This document shows positions 33,769 to 43,651 of a stretch of DNA of 43,952 bases, in pieces. The notes below the pieces were generated by a model. The model was given only the letters and a program-made list of their open reading frames with translations, did no database searches and was not told the DNA's origin. Numbering within the stretch: the stretch's first letter is position 1; each line of letters begins with the position of its first letter. The stretch spans positions 1 to 43,952 of IMG/VR virus record IMGVR_UViG_3300037419_000521; one strand, written 5' to 3'. Made by a program: the position numbers and the translations under genes. This DNA comes from a virus. Taxonomy: Duplodnaviria > Caudoviricetes.

Positions 33769-34098
33769 TTAAATCTGGTAGAAGGCCGAAACGTCGAAGG
33801 CTGCGCCGTTACCCAGAGCCTGGATGAAATCGCCTGGCTCGAGTACGCGGCCGATTAGTTCGGGGCAGGTGTAGGTTTCTCCCGGGGCGAGCGGATACGC
33901 CGAGATTTTTTTGTTCAGCGTCCCAGCCGCTCCGCCGCTGGTCACGATATGCACCGTGCACGTGATGACAGCCACGGTGTCGTTCACCAGCGTCGCGTTG
34001 CAGATCCGCTCGCGCGTGGATGCCGGCGCGGTGTGCAGGGTCGTCAGGGCGGAGCCAAGAACGACGCCAGGCACAATATTTTTTTGTCCAACGGTCAT
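33769..34098 (-). CDS. Tail-associated structural protein
   Basis: 109 aa, beta-rich (LAPGETYTCPELIGRVLEPGDFIQA). Confidence 0.65.
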   Translation of the reverse strand: MTVGQKNIVPGVVLGSALTTLHTAPASTRERICNATLVNDTVAVITCTVHIVTSGGAAGTLNKKISAYPLAPGETYTCPELIGRVLEPGDFIQALGNGAAFDVSAFYQI

Positions 34099-34111
34099 GT
34101 GGAGCACCTAT

Positions 34112-34137
34112 AAAAAAAGGCCCGCCTAAGCGAGCCT
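34112..34137 (-). terminator. Intrinsic terminator
   Basis: Minus strand AGGCTCGC-TTAG-GCGGGCCT followed by TTTTTT. Confidence 0.65.
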
Positions 34138-34156
34138 GCGTTCAAAATCTGGTTGA

Positions 34157-34870
34157 TCAACTACTGAGGATTCCGTTGGCTACCAATGCTGAGATCACCC
34201 CAGCCAGCGTACCGCCAGATGCAGCAGCCGCCTGTGGCGATTTCCCGTTGCAGCCGAACTGCTGAATCGCCCAGTCGCTGGCTACATTCTTGTACGCTGC
34301 ACTACCCAACGTGCCTCCCGGTGCCGGCACGGTCAGTGCCGCGCCGTCAGCCAGGGCGAGCGTAGCGCCGCTCGCCGGTTCGGTGATCGTGATCTTGTTG
34401 AAGGTAATCGCCTTCAACGCCGTGAATGCACCGGTGTTGGCATTGAAGTAGCCGATTCGGCCCGGCCGCTCCCAGTTCACGCGGTACGGGTCACGGAACG
34501 TGGCGAGCTGTTCGACCCCACCTAGACGCCGAGCGAGCTTCGCCAATTCGGCGCGGACGCCCTCGAATTGGGATGCCTGCTCCTGCAGTGCGGCAACCTT
34601 GCCGATGAGCGCCGCGACCAGTGCGCTTTGGTCGATCGCAGGCGCAGCCAAGGCATCGGCGGCCGCGCTGCGCGCCTCGAGATCTGGTTGCGGACCGGAT
34701 GACGCCAGGAGTGCCAGATCGTCCGCGCTCATACCGTCGGCGCCGCCGATGCGGTCAAACACCCCTGACAATGCGCGCGAAAACTCTAGCGTCATTAGCA
34801 CGGTGCCATCCGGTTGCACAGTGCCGATCGACACGCGCGCCGGGAATAGGTTCAGCGCGACTTTGCTCAT
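34157..34870 (-). CDS. Putative tail needle/plug (P22 gp26 position)
   Basis: 237 aa with a coiled-coil centre; coupled to the gp10-like gene. Confidence 0.55.
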   Translation of the reverse strand: MSKVALNLFPARVSIGTVQPDGTVLMTLEFSRALSGVFDRIGGADGMSADDLALLASSGPQPDLEARSAAADALAAPAIDQSALVAALIGKVAALQEQASQFEGVRAELAKLARRLGGVEQLATFRDPYRVNWERPGRIGYFNANTGAFTALKAITFNKITITEPASGATLALADGAALTVPAPGGTLGSAAYKNVASDWAIQQFGCNGKSPQAAAASGGTLAGVISALVANGILSS

Positions 34871-36297
34871 CGTGGGAGCCCTTCCGCGTCGACCGATGCG
34901 CCGAGGATCACGCGTTTCACGGGATCGGAAATTGAGACTTCGAACACGCGATCGCGGCTCTTGCCCAGGCGCTTGATGCGCGCGCGGGCGTTGCCTTTGC
35001 CAGCGCGCCCCATCGTCATCGTGCGCAGCGTACTCCACGAGTGCCCGCCATCGTCCGACCAGCGCACCATCATCTGCGGATCGCTTCCCTGACCATCGGC
35101 GAGACCGACGCCGGCCTCGATGTCGACCTGCAGGGCGTTGAACTTGATCTGCTTGTAGTCGCCGCCGGCCACGTGCGGCGCCGAGCGCAGCGCGAGAAGT
35201 GGGCTTCCGTCGTCCGTGAACTCGCCCAGATCCAGCGCGTACAGGTTGCCGTTCTCCCAGTCGCCGACGACGTGCTCGCCGCCCCAGAAGATGTGGCAGT
35301 TCGATCGGTGGCGATTCAGTACGCCGTTGTTCGGGTTCATCCACGCGCGCTCATGCCAGAGATTGGCCTTGACCCCGTAGGCCCACGTCGCGTTCGCGCT
35401 TGGGAAGTTCAGCACGTAGTGCGTCTCGCCTTCCTGCGTGTACGCGTAGGCCCGGGCATCCGAAATGTCGCCATAGCTCTGAATCGCCTTCTCGATGCCG
35501 TCGTGCGAAACGCGCAGCGGCGAATATCCGTTCAGGCGCCACACCACACCTTGGCCGTTCTTGTCCTCACCCAGCCAGAACACGCTGTTGTCCAGGTCGA
35601 CCACGGAATACGGCGCACAGCAACCCTGTTCGATCAGCGCATTCCCGTCGCGCGCCCACGGGAAATCGAGATTGCCAGTGTAGCCCCACACCTCCGTGAC
35701 AGTTCGCTTGAGCAGCAGCAGTTGGCCGTGGTTCACGATGTGCGACACGATCGGCTCGGCGTTGCTGTCTGCCGCGGCGAAGTCGAGCGCGTCGAACGTC
35801 ACCGAGCCGTCGGCTGCGCTGATGTAGAACTGAAACGTATCAGGGCGGTCGAGGATGAACGAGTTTTTGGCATAGCTCACGCGCGTGGCGCCATAGAAGG
35901 CGTCATCGGTGATCTGTTCCATTTCGTTCGTTCCCAAGTCCAGCTTGAACCCGTACTTGCCCATACTCAGGACGACGGTCGTGCCGTTGTCCTTCATGTC
36001 GACTGGTGTGCTACCGAAGTCGACCGTGCCCACGAGGGTAGGCGTGAAGTCGGCCGCCAGGCGGTACACGTTCTGGCCGGCCACGGCGATGGCGTCGCCT
36101 TTCGACGGCCTGTACAGTGCGCGGATGCCGCCCCCGGCGAGCGTTGCCAGCCGGCGAAGTCCAGGCGTGCCGAACAGCGCGCGCACGGACTTTGCGTTGC
36201 CAGATTCGCCCAGCACCGGGTACAGATTGATGCAGCGCTGGGCGTCAAGGTTCAGCGAGCGCGACTGGTACGCGCCGCCCACGAATGGAATCTGCAT
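34867..36297 (-). CDS. Tail tube / packaged-DNA stabilization protein (P22 gp10-like)
   Basis: 476 aa; QRCINLYP, AYAYTQEGETHYVLNFP, WHER, WSDDGGHSW and LGKSRDRVFEVSISDPVK motifs. Confidence 0.88.
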   Translation of the reverse strand: MQIPFVGGAYQSRSLNLDAQRCINLYPVLGESGNAKSVRALFGTPGLRRLATLAGGGIRALYRPSKGDAIAVAGQNVYRLAADFTPTLVGTVDFGSTPVDMKDNGTTVVLSMGKYGFKLDLGTNEMEQITDDAFYGATRVSYAKNSFILDRPDTFQFYISAADGSVTFDALDFAAADSNAEPIVSHIVNHGQLLLLKRTVTEVWGYTGNLDFPWARDGNALIEQGCCAPYSVVDLDNSVFWLGEDKNGQGVVWRLNGYSPLRVSHDGIEKAIQSYGDISDARAYAYTQEGETHYVLNFPSANATWAYGVKANLWHERAWMNPNNGVLNRHRSNCHIFWGGEHVVGDWENGNLYALDLGEFTDDGSPLLALRSAPHVAGGDYKQIKFNALQVDIEAGVGLADGQGSDPQMMVRWSDDGGHSWSTLRTMTMGRAGKGNARARIKRLGKSRDRVFEVSISDPVKRVILGASVDAEGLPR

Positions 36298-36310
36298 GAG
36301 GTTTGGTCGT

Positions 36311-36333
36311 AAAAAAGCCCGCGGGTGCGGGCT
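36311..36333 (-). terminator. Intrinsic terminator
   Basis: Minus strand AGCCCGC-ACCC-GCGGGCT followed by TTTTT. Confidence 0.7.
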
Positions 36334-36367
36334 GGTGATATGCTGCGAAACTTAGTCAGGAGGAAAC

Positions 36368-36448
36368 ATGCACTACGACCCGATCCAACTGGGCGCGCTG
36401 CTCGCCTACGTCATCAATGCGTGGCTCACCGCGCGCCGCAACCGCTGA
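36368..36448 (+). CDS. 26-aa membrane peptide, candidate superinfection exclusion
   Basis: RBS AGGAGG; MHYDPIQLGALLAYVINAWLTARRNR; opposite strand to the late operon. Not in the ORF track. Confidence 0.6.
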   Translation: MHYDPIQLGALLAYVINAWLTARRNR

Positions 36449-38671
36449 TCAGCGCTTCTCCTCATCCTTGCCACCCATGAGCAGCGCTGGGGATAGCATC
36501 AATCCGCTACCTTCGAGCTGCAGAGGCTCGCGCGTGCGTTGGCCGACTGGGAGGGCGTTCGGTGCGGTCAGTGCCTTCTTCGACTGCATACCGATCACGA
36601 TGTTTTCCGCCGGTTCCTGAATTGCCATGCGGGCAAAGGGAATCTTCGAAAGCACCGGGCTGCTGATGATGCGATCAAGAATTCCGTAGATGCCGGCCGC
36701 GCTGTTGGAGCGGTTCACCGCAGCGCCGACCGGGTCCTTCTGCTCGTAGGCCGCAACGCGTCCGACCGCCTTCAGCCGGTCGATTTCCTCGGGTGTAAAG
36801 AACATTCGCAGCTTCCGCTCTCCGATCGCGTCGAACGCCTTGTTGTACCCTGATTGGCTGAAGGTCCCGACCTCGTCGCTCGCGCCATTCAGCGCCTCCG
36901 TTTTCAGGTAGCGAGCAATTTGCCCGCGCACCGCGCCCATCGCCTCCGGACTCGATTTTATGGACTGCCGGAGGGAAGCCAGGCCCGCGACGCTGGCCTT
37001 GTTGCCGCTGCCGACGATGTACTGCTGCACGAATTTGTCGGGCTCGACGCCGTCCTCGACAGCCTGCAGTGCCGGGGTGCGTTCGACGATCTGTCGCCAC
37101 GAGCGGTTCATGCGGCGCGCCTTGTTGAAGGCGTCGATTGCTTCTTGGCCAAGGCTCGGCGTCTGGCCCTCCGCCAGTTGCCCACCGGCGGCAACGAGCT
37201 GATTCCCGCCGTTTACCGGCGCCGGCGTGGATCCCATCAGCGGTGTCTCGTCCAGCGCCTGGCGCACAAGGCCCAGGGCGTGCCGAACGTTGCCGTCCGG
37301 GCTGTTGCGCTGGATCCGCCCGATGCCGGTCTTGAATTGTTCGGCGATCTCGGCCGTCAGCGGAATGTCTCCGCTGGCGAAGCCGTTCAGCTTGTTGCGG
37401 ATGTCCGGCGTCAGGAAACTTTCGACGTTCGCTTCGTGCAGCAGGTCGCCAGCGCGTTGAGTAAAGGCGTAGTGGTCCAGCGCCGCGCTGCGTCCGGCGC
37501 TGTCGCGCGCCTTGTCGTACAGGTTGCCGATGATCTGGTCCGCCCGCGCGCCGCGCTGCTTCAGGGCGCCGATCACCTTCTCTGCGCCAGCGATGGCATC
37601 GTCCGACGTGTTCGCGCCGGTTTCGTTCATCAGCGCGATCAGGCGGCTGTTGTTTTCGTTTCTGATGCTGCCCAGCTGCTGCGCGGCCTTGTCCTTGCTG
37701 TTTGCGCCGACCCGCATGAGGTTCTCTTCCTGCGTGTACGTCGCCGGGTCACGCGTGAGCTTGCCAACCGTCGGCGTCGCGCCCGTCACGCGGTAGTCGA
37801 CGAGGCGACGCAGCGCGTCCGTGTCCAGGTTGTCGCTCACCTTCAGGGCCTGGGCCACGTCGGCGCGGATGCCTTGCTGCACGCTTGGCGCCAGTTTGCC
37901 GAAGTCGATGCCGGAGTCTTGCATGGCGCGGTTGATCTGGATTTCGATCTGCGTTCCCGTGGGTTCCGGGCGATTCATCATCTGCCGCAGTCCGGAGCCG
38001 GCGCGCTGGGCGCCCGCCATCGCAGCAGGTACGGCGACGCCGGCCGCGAGCGACGCCAGCGTCTGCGAGGTGGCGTCGCCGCCGGTCTCGCGCGTGTAAC
38101 CGCCCGCAGCGCCGGCAGCGCCCGCCGAGGCCAGTTGCTGCAGCGGGTTCGCGGCGAGTTGCTGGGCGACGGCCTTGGTGACACCGGTCGAGCCCTGGGC
38201 CACGCGGCCAGCGGCGCCGATCGGCACCGCGGCGCCAGCCAGCATGCGCGCGGCGTCACCGACCACGCGCTCGTCAGCGGTCGCCGGTTCGGGCAGGTGC
38301 ATCAGGTCGGCCAGCACTTTTCCGGAACGCCCTTCGATCGCCGGCCGCGCTGGAGCACCGGCTACGACGTCGGCGACGCCGCGCTGCTTGTTCGGCAGCA
38401 CCGCATTCAACCCGGCGCGGATCGGCGACGCCACGAAGTCCAACGCGTCGCCCACGCCTTCCAGGCCGTAGCGCGCGGTGAGCCCCACCTGGCGCGGCAG
38501 GTCGTGCACGGCGTCGTTCAGCTGCTCGCCGAAGCCCTTCGCCGGTGCCGCCGGCTTGGCCGCGGCCAGCTGCGACTGCAGCATCCGGAACGCCTGCTGT
38601 TCGGTCGCACCGTCCGGGCCGTTGACGGTGTACTGCTTACCGTCTGGGCTGGTAAATTTGAAAGTCGGCAT
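36449..38671 (-). CDS. DNA ejection protein (P22 gp16-like position)
   Basis: 740 aa, helical and Ala/Gly-rich; starts MPTFKFTSPDGKQYTVNGPDGAT. Confidence 0.7.
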   Translation of the reverse strand: MPTFKFTSPDGKQYTVNGPDGATEQQAFRMLQSQLAAAKPAAPAKGFGEQLNDAVHDLPRQVGLTARYGLEGVGDALDFVASPIRAGLNAVLPNKQRGVADVVAGAPARPAIEGRSGKVLADLMHLPEPATADERVVGDAARMLAGAAVPIGAAGRVAQGSTGVTKAVAQQLAANPLQQLASAGAAGAAGGYTRETGGDATSQTLASLAAGVAVPAAMAGAQRAGSGLRQMMNRPEPTGTQIEIQINRAMQDSGIDFGKLAPSVQQGIRADVAQALKVSDNLDTDALRRLVDYRVTGATPTVGKLTRDPATYTQEENLMRVGANSKDKAAQQLGSIRNENNSRLIALMNETGANTSDDAIAGAEKVIGALKQRGARADQIIGNLYDKARDSAGRSAALDHYAFTQRAGDLLHEANVESFLTPDIRNKLNGFASGDIPLTAEIAEQFKTGIGRIQRNSPDGNVRHALGLVRQALDETPLMGSTPAPVNGGNQLVAAGGQLAEGQTPSLGQEAIDAFNKARRMNRSWRQIVERTPALQAVEDGVEPDKFVQQYIVGSGNKASVAGLASLRQSIKSSPEAMGAVRGQIARYLKTEALNGASDEVGTFSQSGYNKAFDAIGERKLRMFFTPEEIDRLKAVGRVAAYEQKDPVGAAVNRSNSAAGIYGILDRIISSPVLSKIPFARMAIQEPAENIVIGMQSKKALTAPNALPVGQRTREPLQLEGSGLMLSPALLMGGKDEEKR

Positions 38672-38672
38672 G

Positions 38673-40052
38673 TCAATGAGCCTCGACAGACCAGCCCGGA
38701 GGCAGGCCGTTACTTGATGGCGCAGCGCCTGGGGTGCCAGCGGCCGGAGGCGTGTAATTGCCACCAGCGCTGCGCGCCAGTCCGGAAATCGCGGTGCGTC
38801 GGTTCGCCGCCTTCTGGGCGATCACTTCCGGCGTGTCGCCGGGTTGCGGAAAGTACTGCTTCCGCGCGTTTTCGAACTCGTTCGCACCGATGGCCGCGCC
38901 AGACTCCTGCCGCAGGATCGCGTTGACGAAGTTGCGCTGGGCCTGCTCCGCGCGCTGCTGGTTCGCGTTCGGGCCGCCCAAGGCGGACGGGAGCGTGTTC
39001 ACCAGACCGCCCAGGCCTTCACCGATGAACGGCACCGATTCGGCCGCCCCCTTGATAGCGCCTGGACGATCGGAGGCAACGAAGCCGAAGCCCGTCGGCC
39101 CCTTCGCGTGAAGCTGCGCGAGGATGGCGTCCGCTTCCTGTGCACGATCGGCGAATCCGGCAGACTTGCCCTGGAACTCGGTCATCGCCTTGTCGCGGGT
39201 CAGCGGCTTCCCGTCCGGTCCGGTAACGGCGGTGGCGGTGCCCGTTCGGGTGTCAACGAGAACGCCGCGGGCGGCGTCGTACTGGGCCTTCTGGTTTTCC
39301 TTAGTGGCTGCGATCGTGTCCCGGTTGTTCGCTCGCGAAGTGTTAGCCTGCAACTGCGCGTCAGGCGAAACACTATTTTTCACGCTGTTCACGGTCTTCA
39401 CGACGCCCGTTACCGGGTCCACGCTGATGGTGTCCGTGGTGCCGCCCAGGTTGCGGGTTTCGGTCTTCGGCAGTTGGTCCTTGGCTGCCAGCGCGGCGCG
39501 AAAGGCCTGGTCTGCCAGCGACTGGATCTTGCTCGGGTCACTGCGGACCTGCTGACGCCACGACTCCAACTGTTCCGGCTTGTACAGGCCGGGCTGGCTG
39601 CCCAGGTAGTCGATGGCGGCTAGCGCGTTGTCGAGCGTGGGGTTGGCGCGCACGTAGCCGAAGGCCTGGCCGGCGACGTCGAACGCCTTGTGCGCGGCTT
39701 CCACCTCTTTTGCGTGCGTCTCAGCCTTGATTTTGCCGATGTCTGCCTGCTTGGCGTCAGCTTCAGCGAAGTTCTTCTGCAGACCTGGCAGCCGCGATCC
39801 CAAGCCGGCCGAAGCAACGCCGCTGTACAGCTTCGTGCGGTCCAGGGTGCCGTCGGAGGCCACCGCGCCTTTGTAAATGTCGTTCAGGCGCGCGCCTTCC
39901 GAAACCTCGCGCTCCTTCTCGCCATACATCAGGTCCGCCAGGCGGCTCTGGTTTTGGGCTTGCTGGATCTGCTGCACCTGCATGTACTGCTCCAGCGGGT
40001 TGGCGATCTGGACCGGCTTGATGCTCAGGGCAATATTTGGGTCGAGTGGCAT
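38673..40052 (-). CDS. DNA ejection protein (P22 gp20-like position)
   Basis: 459 aa, Gln-rich N-terminus; NFVNAILRQESGAAI..EF..ARKQYFPQPGD motif. Confidence 0.7.
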   Translation of the reverse strand: MPLDPNIALSIKPVQIANPLEQYMQVQQIQQAQNQSRLADLMYGEKEREVSEGARLNDIYKGAVASDGTLDRTKLYSGVASAGLGSRLPGLQKNFAEADAKQADIGKIKAETHAKEVEAAHKAFDVAGQAFGYVRANPTLDNALAAIDYLGSQPGLYKPEQLESWRQQVRSDPSKIQSLADQAFRAALAAKDQLPKTETRNLGGTTDTISVDPVTGVVKTVNSVKNSVSPDAQLQANTSRANNRDTIAATKENQKAQYDAARGVLVDTRTGTATAVTGPDGKPLTRDKAMTEFQGKSAGFADRAQEADAILAQLHAKGPTGFGFVASDRPGAIKGAAESVPFIGEGLGGLVNTLPSALGGPNANQQRAEQAQRNFVNAILRQESGAAIGANEFENARKQYFPQPGDTPEVIAQKAANRRTAISGLARSAGGNYTPPAAGTPGAAPSSNGLPPGWSVEAH

Positions 40053-40055
40053 AAG

Positions 40056-40859
40056 TCAGTTCCCGAAATTCAAATTGGAGGTGTTCAGCGTCGGCATCTG
40101 GAGCGCCGGCAGGCTAGATTCCGGGATGCTCATGCCCTGGTTGCGCGAGAGAGCGGATAGCAAATTCTGATTTTGCGTGTAGTTCATGTACTGACTGATG
40201 CCATTGCCGATCGCGTTAGCTCCGCCCACGTACCCGGACGCACGAGCATTCGCGGCGCCCAGCATGTTCTGGCTCGCGTTGTTCGACGCGTTCGCGCCCG
40301 CGCTGGCGATCGTCCCGTATGCGTTCTGGCCGGCCTGGCCGACCTGGCTGGTCGCGGTCTGGCCAAGTCCTGCGATCGAGGCCAATCGGCTAAACGTATT
40401 GTTCTGGTTGTTGTTGTAACGGTTGTACGCGTTATTGACCTCGCCGGATGCGGTGTCCTGGTTGAAGCGCGCAAGCGCCTTGAGGGTCGCGCCCGAGTAC
40501 AGGCCGCCGGCCGCCGAGGCCGCGCGCTGGATGCCTTTTGTTCCCTCGCTGAGCCGGAAGTTGTAACCCGGGTCGGCTTGGAAGTCGCTCAGGCTGAATG
40601 GCTTGATGAGGCTGCCGTCCGTGCCGGTGCCAGCCGCGAGCTGGGCCAGCGCGTTCTTCCCGGCCGCAAGCCACGGCGCTTGATCTGCGCGCTGCTGCGC
40701 CAACTGGTCCAGTTGATCCTGGCGCGTCTGATCGTACTGACGGCGCGATTCATCGGTTGCATTGTCCGCGGCCTCCTGTTGTTTGTTTGCCGCCTTATTC
40801 GAAGCAACCGCGCCGATGACGGCGCCGCCGACGATCGCTAATGGGACTGCTGCTGGCAT
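40056..40859 (-). CDS. DNA transfer/ejection protein (P22 gp7-like)
   Basis: 267 aa; hydrophobic Gly/Ala N-terminus, DPGYNFRL.EG and GGLYSGATLKAL motifs. Confidence 0.8.
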   Translation of the reverse strand: MPAAVPLAIVGGAVIGAVASNKAANKQQEAADNATDESRRQYDQTRQDQLDQLAQQRADQAPWLAAGKNALAQLAAGTGTDGSLIKPFSLSDFQADPGYNFRLSEGTKGIQRAASAAGGLYSGATLKALARFNQDTASGEVNNAYNRYNNNQNNTFSRLASIAGLGQTATSQVGQAGQNAYGTIASAGANASNNASQNMLGAANARASGYVGGANAIGNGISQYMNYTQNQNLLSALSRNQGMSIPESSLPALQMPTLNTSNLNFGN

Positions 40860-41314
40860 AGCCACTCCTGTTTGGTTATCCCGAGCATGATCTGGTCGAC
40901 CAGCTCGCCGTTGCGCAAGTAGCTCGCGCGGTTGATTCCTTCCTGCCGCATGCCGCCGGCCTGCGCGAAACGCAGGGCCAGGCGGTTATACGCAGGGACC
41001 GACGTGACCAGCTTCTGGCAGGCGGTTTCGGTGAACGCCCAGCCCGCCAGCAACTGCGCCGCGCGCGCGGCGCGCCGTCCCCAGCATGCGGGAAGCAGGC
41101 ATGTGTGCATCTCGAAGCACACTTCGCCCCGCGCGTGCACGAGAAATACGCCGATCGGCTGACCGTCGTCCGTGACCAGCATCCAGTGGAAGGCGTCGTG
41201 GTCGGTCGGCTGGTATTCGTCCGTCGTCCCGTCCTCATGGATATGGGGCCAGATGGCCGGATCTTTCATGATGGCGGTGACCGTTACCATGTCACGCGTG
41301 CGCTCGATCTTCAT
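40838..41314 (-). CDS. GNAT-fold protein (P22 gp14-like)
   Basis: EMHTCLLP..WG, N.LALRFA...G...EG and LGITKQEW motifs; upstream of the gp7-like gene. Confidence 0.8.
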   Translation of the reverse strand: MKIERTRDMVTVTAIMKDPAIWPHIHEDGTTDEYQPTDHDAFHWMLVTDDGQPIGVFLVHARGEVCFEMHTCLLPACWGRRAARAAQLLAGWAFTETACQKLVTSVPAYNRLALRFAQAGGMRQEGINRASYLRNGELVDQIMLGITKQEWLCQQQSH

Positions 41315-42249
41315 TGCATATCCGGCTGGAAGAAGATGCCAACGTTCTCGCGGTCGTATCCCTCGGCCGTCGCCAGCGCGAGCGCGGCTCGGCGCTCCAG
41401 GTCCTGCCGTTCGGCCAGCGTGAGGCCGGCCGACGGCGCCATGCGATGTGCCAGTCCCAGGATCAGCGCTTCACCCCATTCGATGGCGAAGTCGGGCGTG
41501 TCGCTTCCGTTGTTAAAGTCTTCCAGCAGGCGTTCGTACCAGAAGCACAGCACGTCGGCCGCGCTGTCCGGCGTCGGCCACACGGACAGCGTGCCGGTGC
41601 CCAGCTGCGGGTCGTAGAACGCCTGCACGATCTTGCCGCGCGAGCCCTTGTTCGCCAACTGGCCGTATTCAGTGCGCGAGATCATCGCGACGGGCGTGTC
41701 CTGCAGCGCGCCGGAGCGCCAGTACGCGGCATCCGGGTCGATGCGCTGCGGCCGGCTGATCGCGGTCGTGTACGTGAAGACCGGCGCGCCGGCGGCGGCC
41801 GGGCCGGGCAGGGCGGCCGCCAGCGTCGTCGATGTGCCGGGCACGTCGTTGATCATCGACCAGAATAGCGTGCCGTCGGAAAGCAGAACACCGATGTTGT
41901 CGCCGGCAGCCATGCCGGTCGGGTCGACGATCTGCACCGTATCGGCGCCCGCCGTAGCGTCGGCGGCCAGCCCAGCGCGCACGTAATTGGTCGTGCAGTG
42001 CGCGCCACCCGCGCCCAGCGCGTAGCGGCCGACGCCAGGCTGCAAGAACAGCGTCGCCAGCTGCATGGCCCACAACTTCGCGCCGTCGGCCATGAGCGAC
42101 TTCACCCAGGAGTTCAGGCGCAGGTTGTACTGTGCCAGCGTGTCGTCGTCGACAGCCTCGCCGAGGGCGATGTCGCCGACCTCGAGCGCGGCCGCCGTGA
42201 TGATGTCGTCGCGCGACAGGCTGAAGGTGTTCGTTCCGCTCGTGGTCAC
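41311..42249 (-). CDS. Head-tail adaptor (P22 gp4 / tail tubular protein A-like) with inserted domain
   Basis: 312 aa; SRDDIITAA, VWPTPD and EWGEALILGLAHRMAP motifs. Confidence 0.75.
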   Translation of the reverse strand: MTTSGTNTFSLSRDDIITAAALEVGDIALGEAVDDDTLAQYNLRLNSWVKSLMADGAKLWAMQLATLFLQPGVGRYALGAGGAHCTTNYVRAGLAADATAGADTVQIVDPTGMAAGDNIGVLLSDGTLFWSMINDVPGTSTTLAAALPGPAAAGAPVFTYTTAISRPQRIDPDAAYWRSGALQDTPVAMISRTEYGQLANKGSRGKIVQAFYDPQLGTGTLSVWPTPDSAADVLCFWYERLLEDFNNGSDTPDFAIEWGEALILGLAHRMAPSAGLTLAERQDLERRAALALATAEGYDRENVGIFFQPDMQ

Positions 42250-42491
42250 AGGTCCTCCGGCTTGATCTCATTGGGCTCGACGAAGCGAGGCTCCGCGCCA
42301 GGACGGGCATTCTTGACGATGGCGCGTTCGGGCCGGGCCTTGACGAAGTCCTGCGGGTGCCGTGGTTCCCAGTCCTTCGAGCAGACCATGGCGCCGTCCC
42401 AGCGCTTGCGCAACTGCGACTGCTTGAACTTGAAGCCACAGCAATCGCAAATGGCGTTCGAATCGCCGAGAATAAATTCGTCTGCCGCCAT
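42246..42491 (-). CDS. Small Cys-containing conserved head-module protein
   Basis: 81 aa; AICDCCGFK...RWDG.MVC..DWEPRHPQ. Confidence 0.75.
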   Translation of the reverse strand: MAADEFILGDSNAICDCCGFKFKQSQLRKRWDGAMVCSKDWEPRHPQDFVKARPERAIVKNARPGAEPRFVEPNEIKPEDL

Positions 42492-42493
42492 GA

Positions 42494-42874
42494 TCAGTTC
42501 TTCTTCATGTGCAGGACGATCGCATAGGTATCGCCCGCGCTTGCGCCGAGCGTCGTGAACAGCAGGTCGCCGTTCATGCCCGCGCCGGCATTGTTCGTGA
42601 TGCCGCCTGCCTTGCTGAAGTCCAGGCGCTGCTGGCCCTGGCTCAGGATGAACGCCGGAACCTTTGTCGTGGCGTCCCACAGCAGTTCGACCTGCATGCC
42701 GCTGATGTCGTATTCGATCGCCGTGATCTTGACCGACGACGGCGCGCCGGCCAGCGCCGATACGTCGACCTTCAACGCGTTCGTTTCGCCGGTACCGTCG
42801 GAAATGTTCGTGAACTTCATCACGGCGTTGCGCTCGCCATCCACCAGGATTTGGCTTGTCACTGCATCTGCCAT
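42494..42874 (-). CDS. Conserved structural hypothetical protein
   Basis: 126 aa; MADAVTSQ..VDG.R.AVMKFTNISDGTGE. Confidence 0.75.
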   Translation of the reverse strand: MADAVTSQILVDGERNAVMKFTNISDGTGETNALKVDVSALAGAPSSVKITAIEYDISGMQVELLWDATTKVPAFILSQGQQRLDFSKAGGITNNAGAGMNGDLLFTTLGASAGDTYAIVLHMKKN

Positions 42875-42914
42875 ATTGGCCTCCGAAAGGAGGGGCCGAA
42901 GCCCCGGTGGTGGG

Positions 42915-43625
42915 TTAGCGCTCGACGGCGGCGAAGATGTAGTCGAGGGTCATCGTCTTCGCGACGGCCTCGCCATTCATCAGGCCGAACGAGACGGTCA
43001 GTGTGGTGTCCGGCAGGTACGCCGAGGTGCCGGCAAGCGTGCCGAGCTGCACGTCGTTGACGTAGTAGGCGACTTCGCTCTTGCCGTCATAGGCCCAGGC
43101 GACGGTGACGAAGGTGTCGTTCGCCAGCGTGGCGACAGCGGCCGCGCGCGTCTGGCCGGTCGTGGCGTCCTTCTGGCATTGGACATCCAGCGTGGCGACG
43201 CCGTCGTCCTTGCTGAAGAAGATGCCGTCGGTGACGCCCGCGCCGGCCGTCGCGCCCATCAGCGTGGTGTCGGTGACGCACAGACCCATGACCAGGTCTG
43301 ATTGCGTCGCGTCCGACACCTTGAAGCGCGCCTTGAAGATGGCACGCTTGCCGGCGGTCAGGGCGAACGATTCGCCGACCTTCTGCAACTGGACGCTGTC
43401 GTTATCGGCGGCCGAGTTGGTGATGAGCAGGGCGCCGCCGTCGACGTTCGTCAGCGCGACGGTGCCAGTGCCGACCGTCGTGACGGTCCATTGCGCGGCC
43501 GTGTAGTGGTCGAAGTCGTTGAAGTATTCGTGCCAGTCCATCGGGGCGGGCATGCCGTACATCCCGAGAGGATTGGTCTTGGCGGCGGTGGTTACGCCGC
43601 GGGTGAAGCGGGTTGGTGCACTCAT
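42915..43625 (-). CDS. Putative capsid-associated lectin-like protein
   Basis: 236 aa, beta-rich; first gene after the capsid across the join; RBS AGGAG. Confidence 0.7.
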   Translation of the reverse strand: MSAPTRFTRGVTTAAKTNPLGMYGMPAPMDWHEYFNDFDHYTAAQWTVTTVGTGTVALTNVDGGALLITNSAADNDSVQLQKVGESFALTAGKRAIFKARFKVSDATQSDLVMGLCVTDTTLMGATAGAGVTDGIFFSKDDGVATLDVQCQKDATTGQTRAAAVATLANDTFVTVAWAYDGKSEVAYYVNDVQLGTLAGTSAYLPDTTLTVSFGLMNGEAVAKTMTLDYIFAAVER

Positions 43626-43651
43626 GATTTTTTGCTCCTAGCGTTCTGCGG

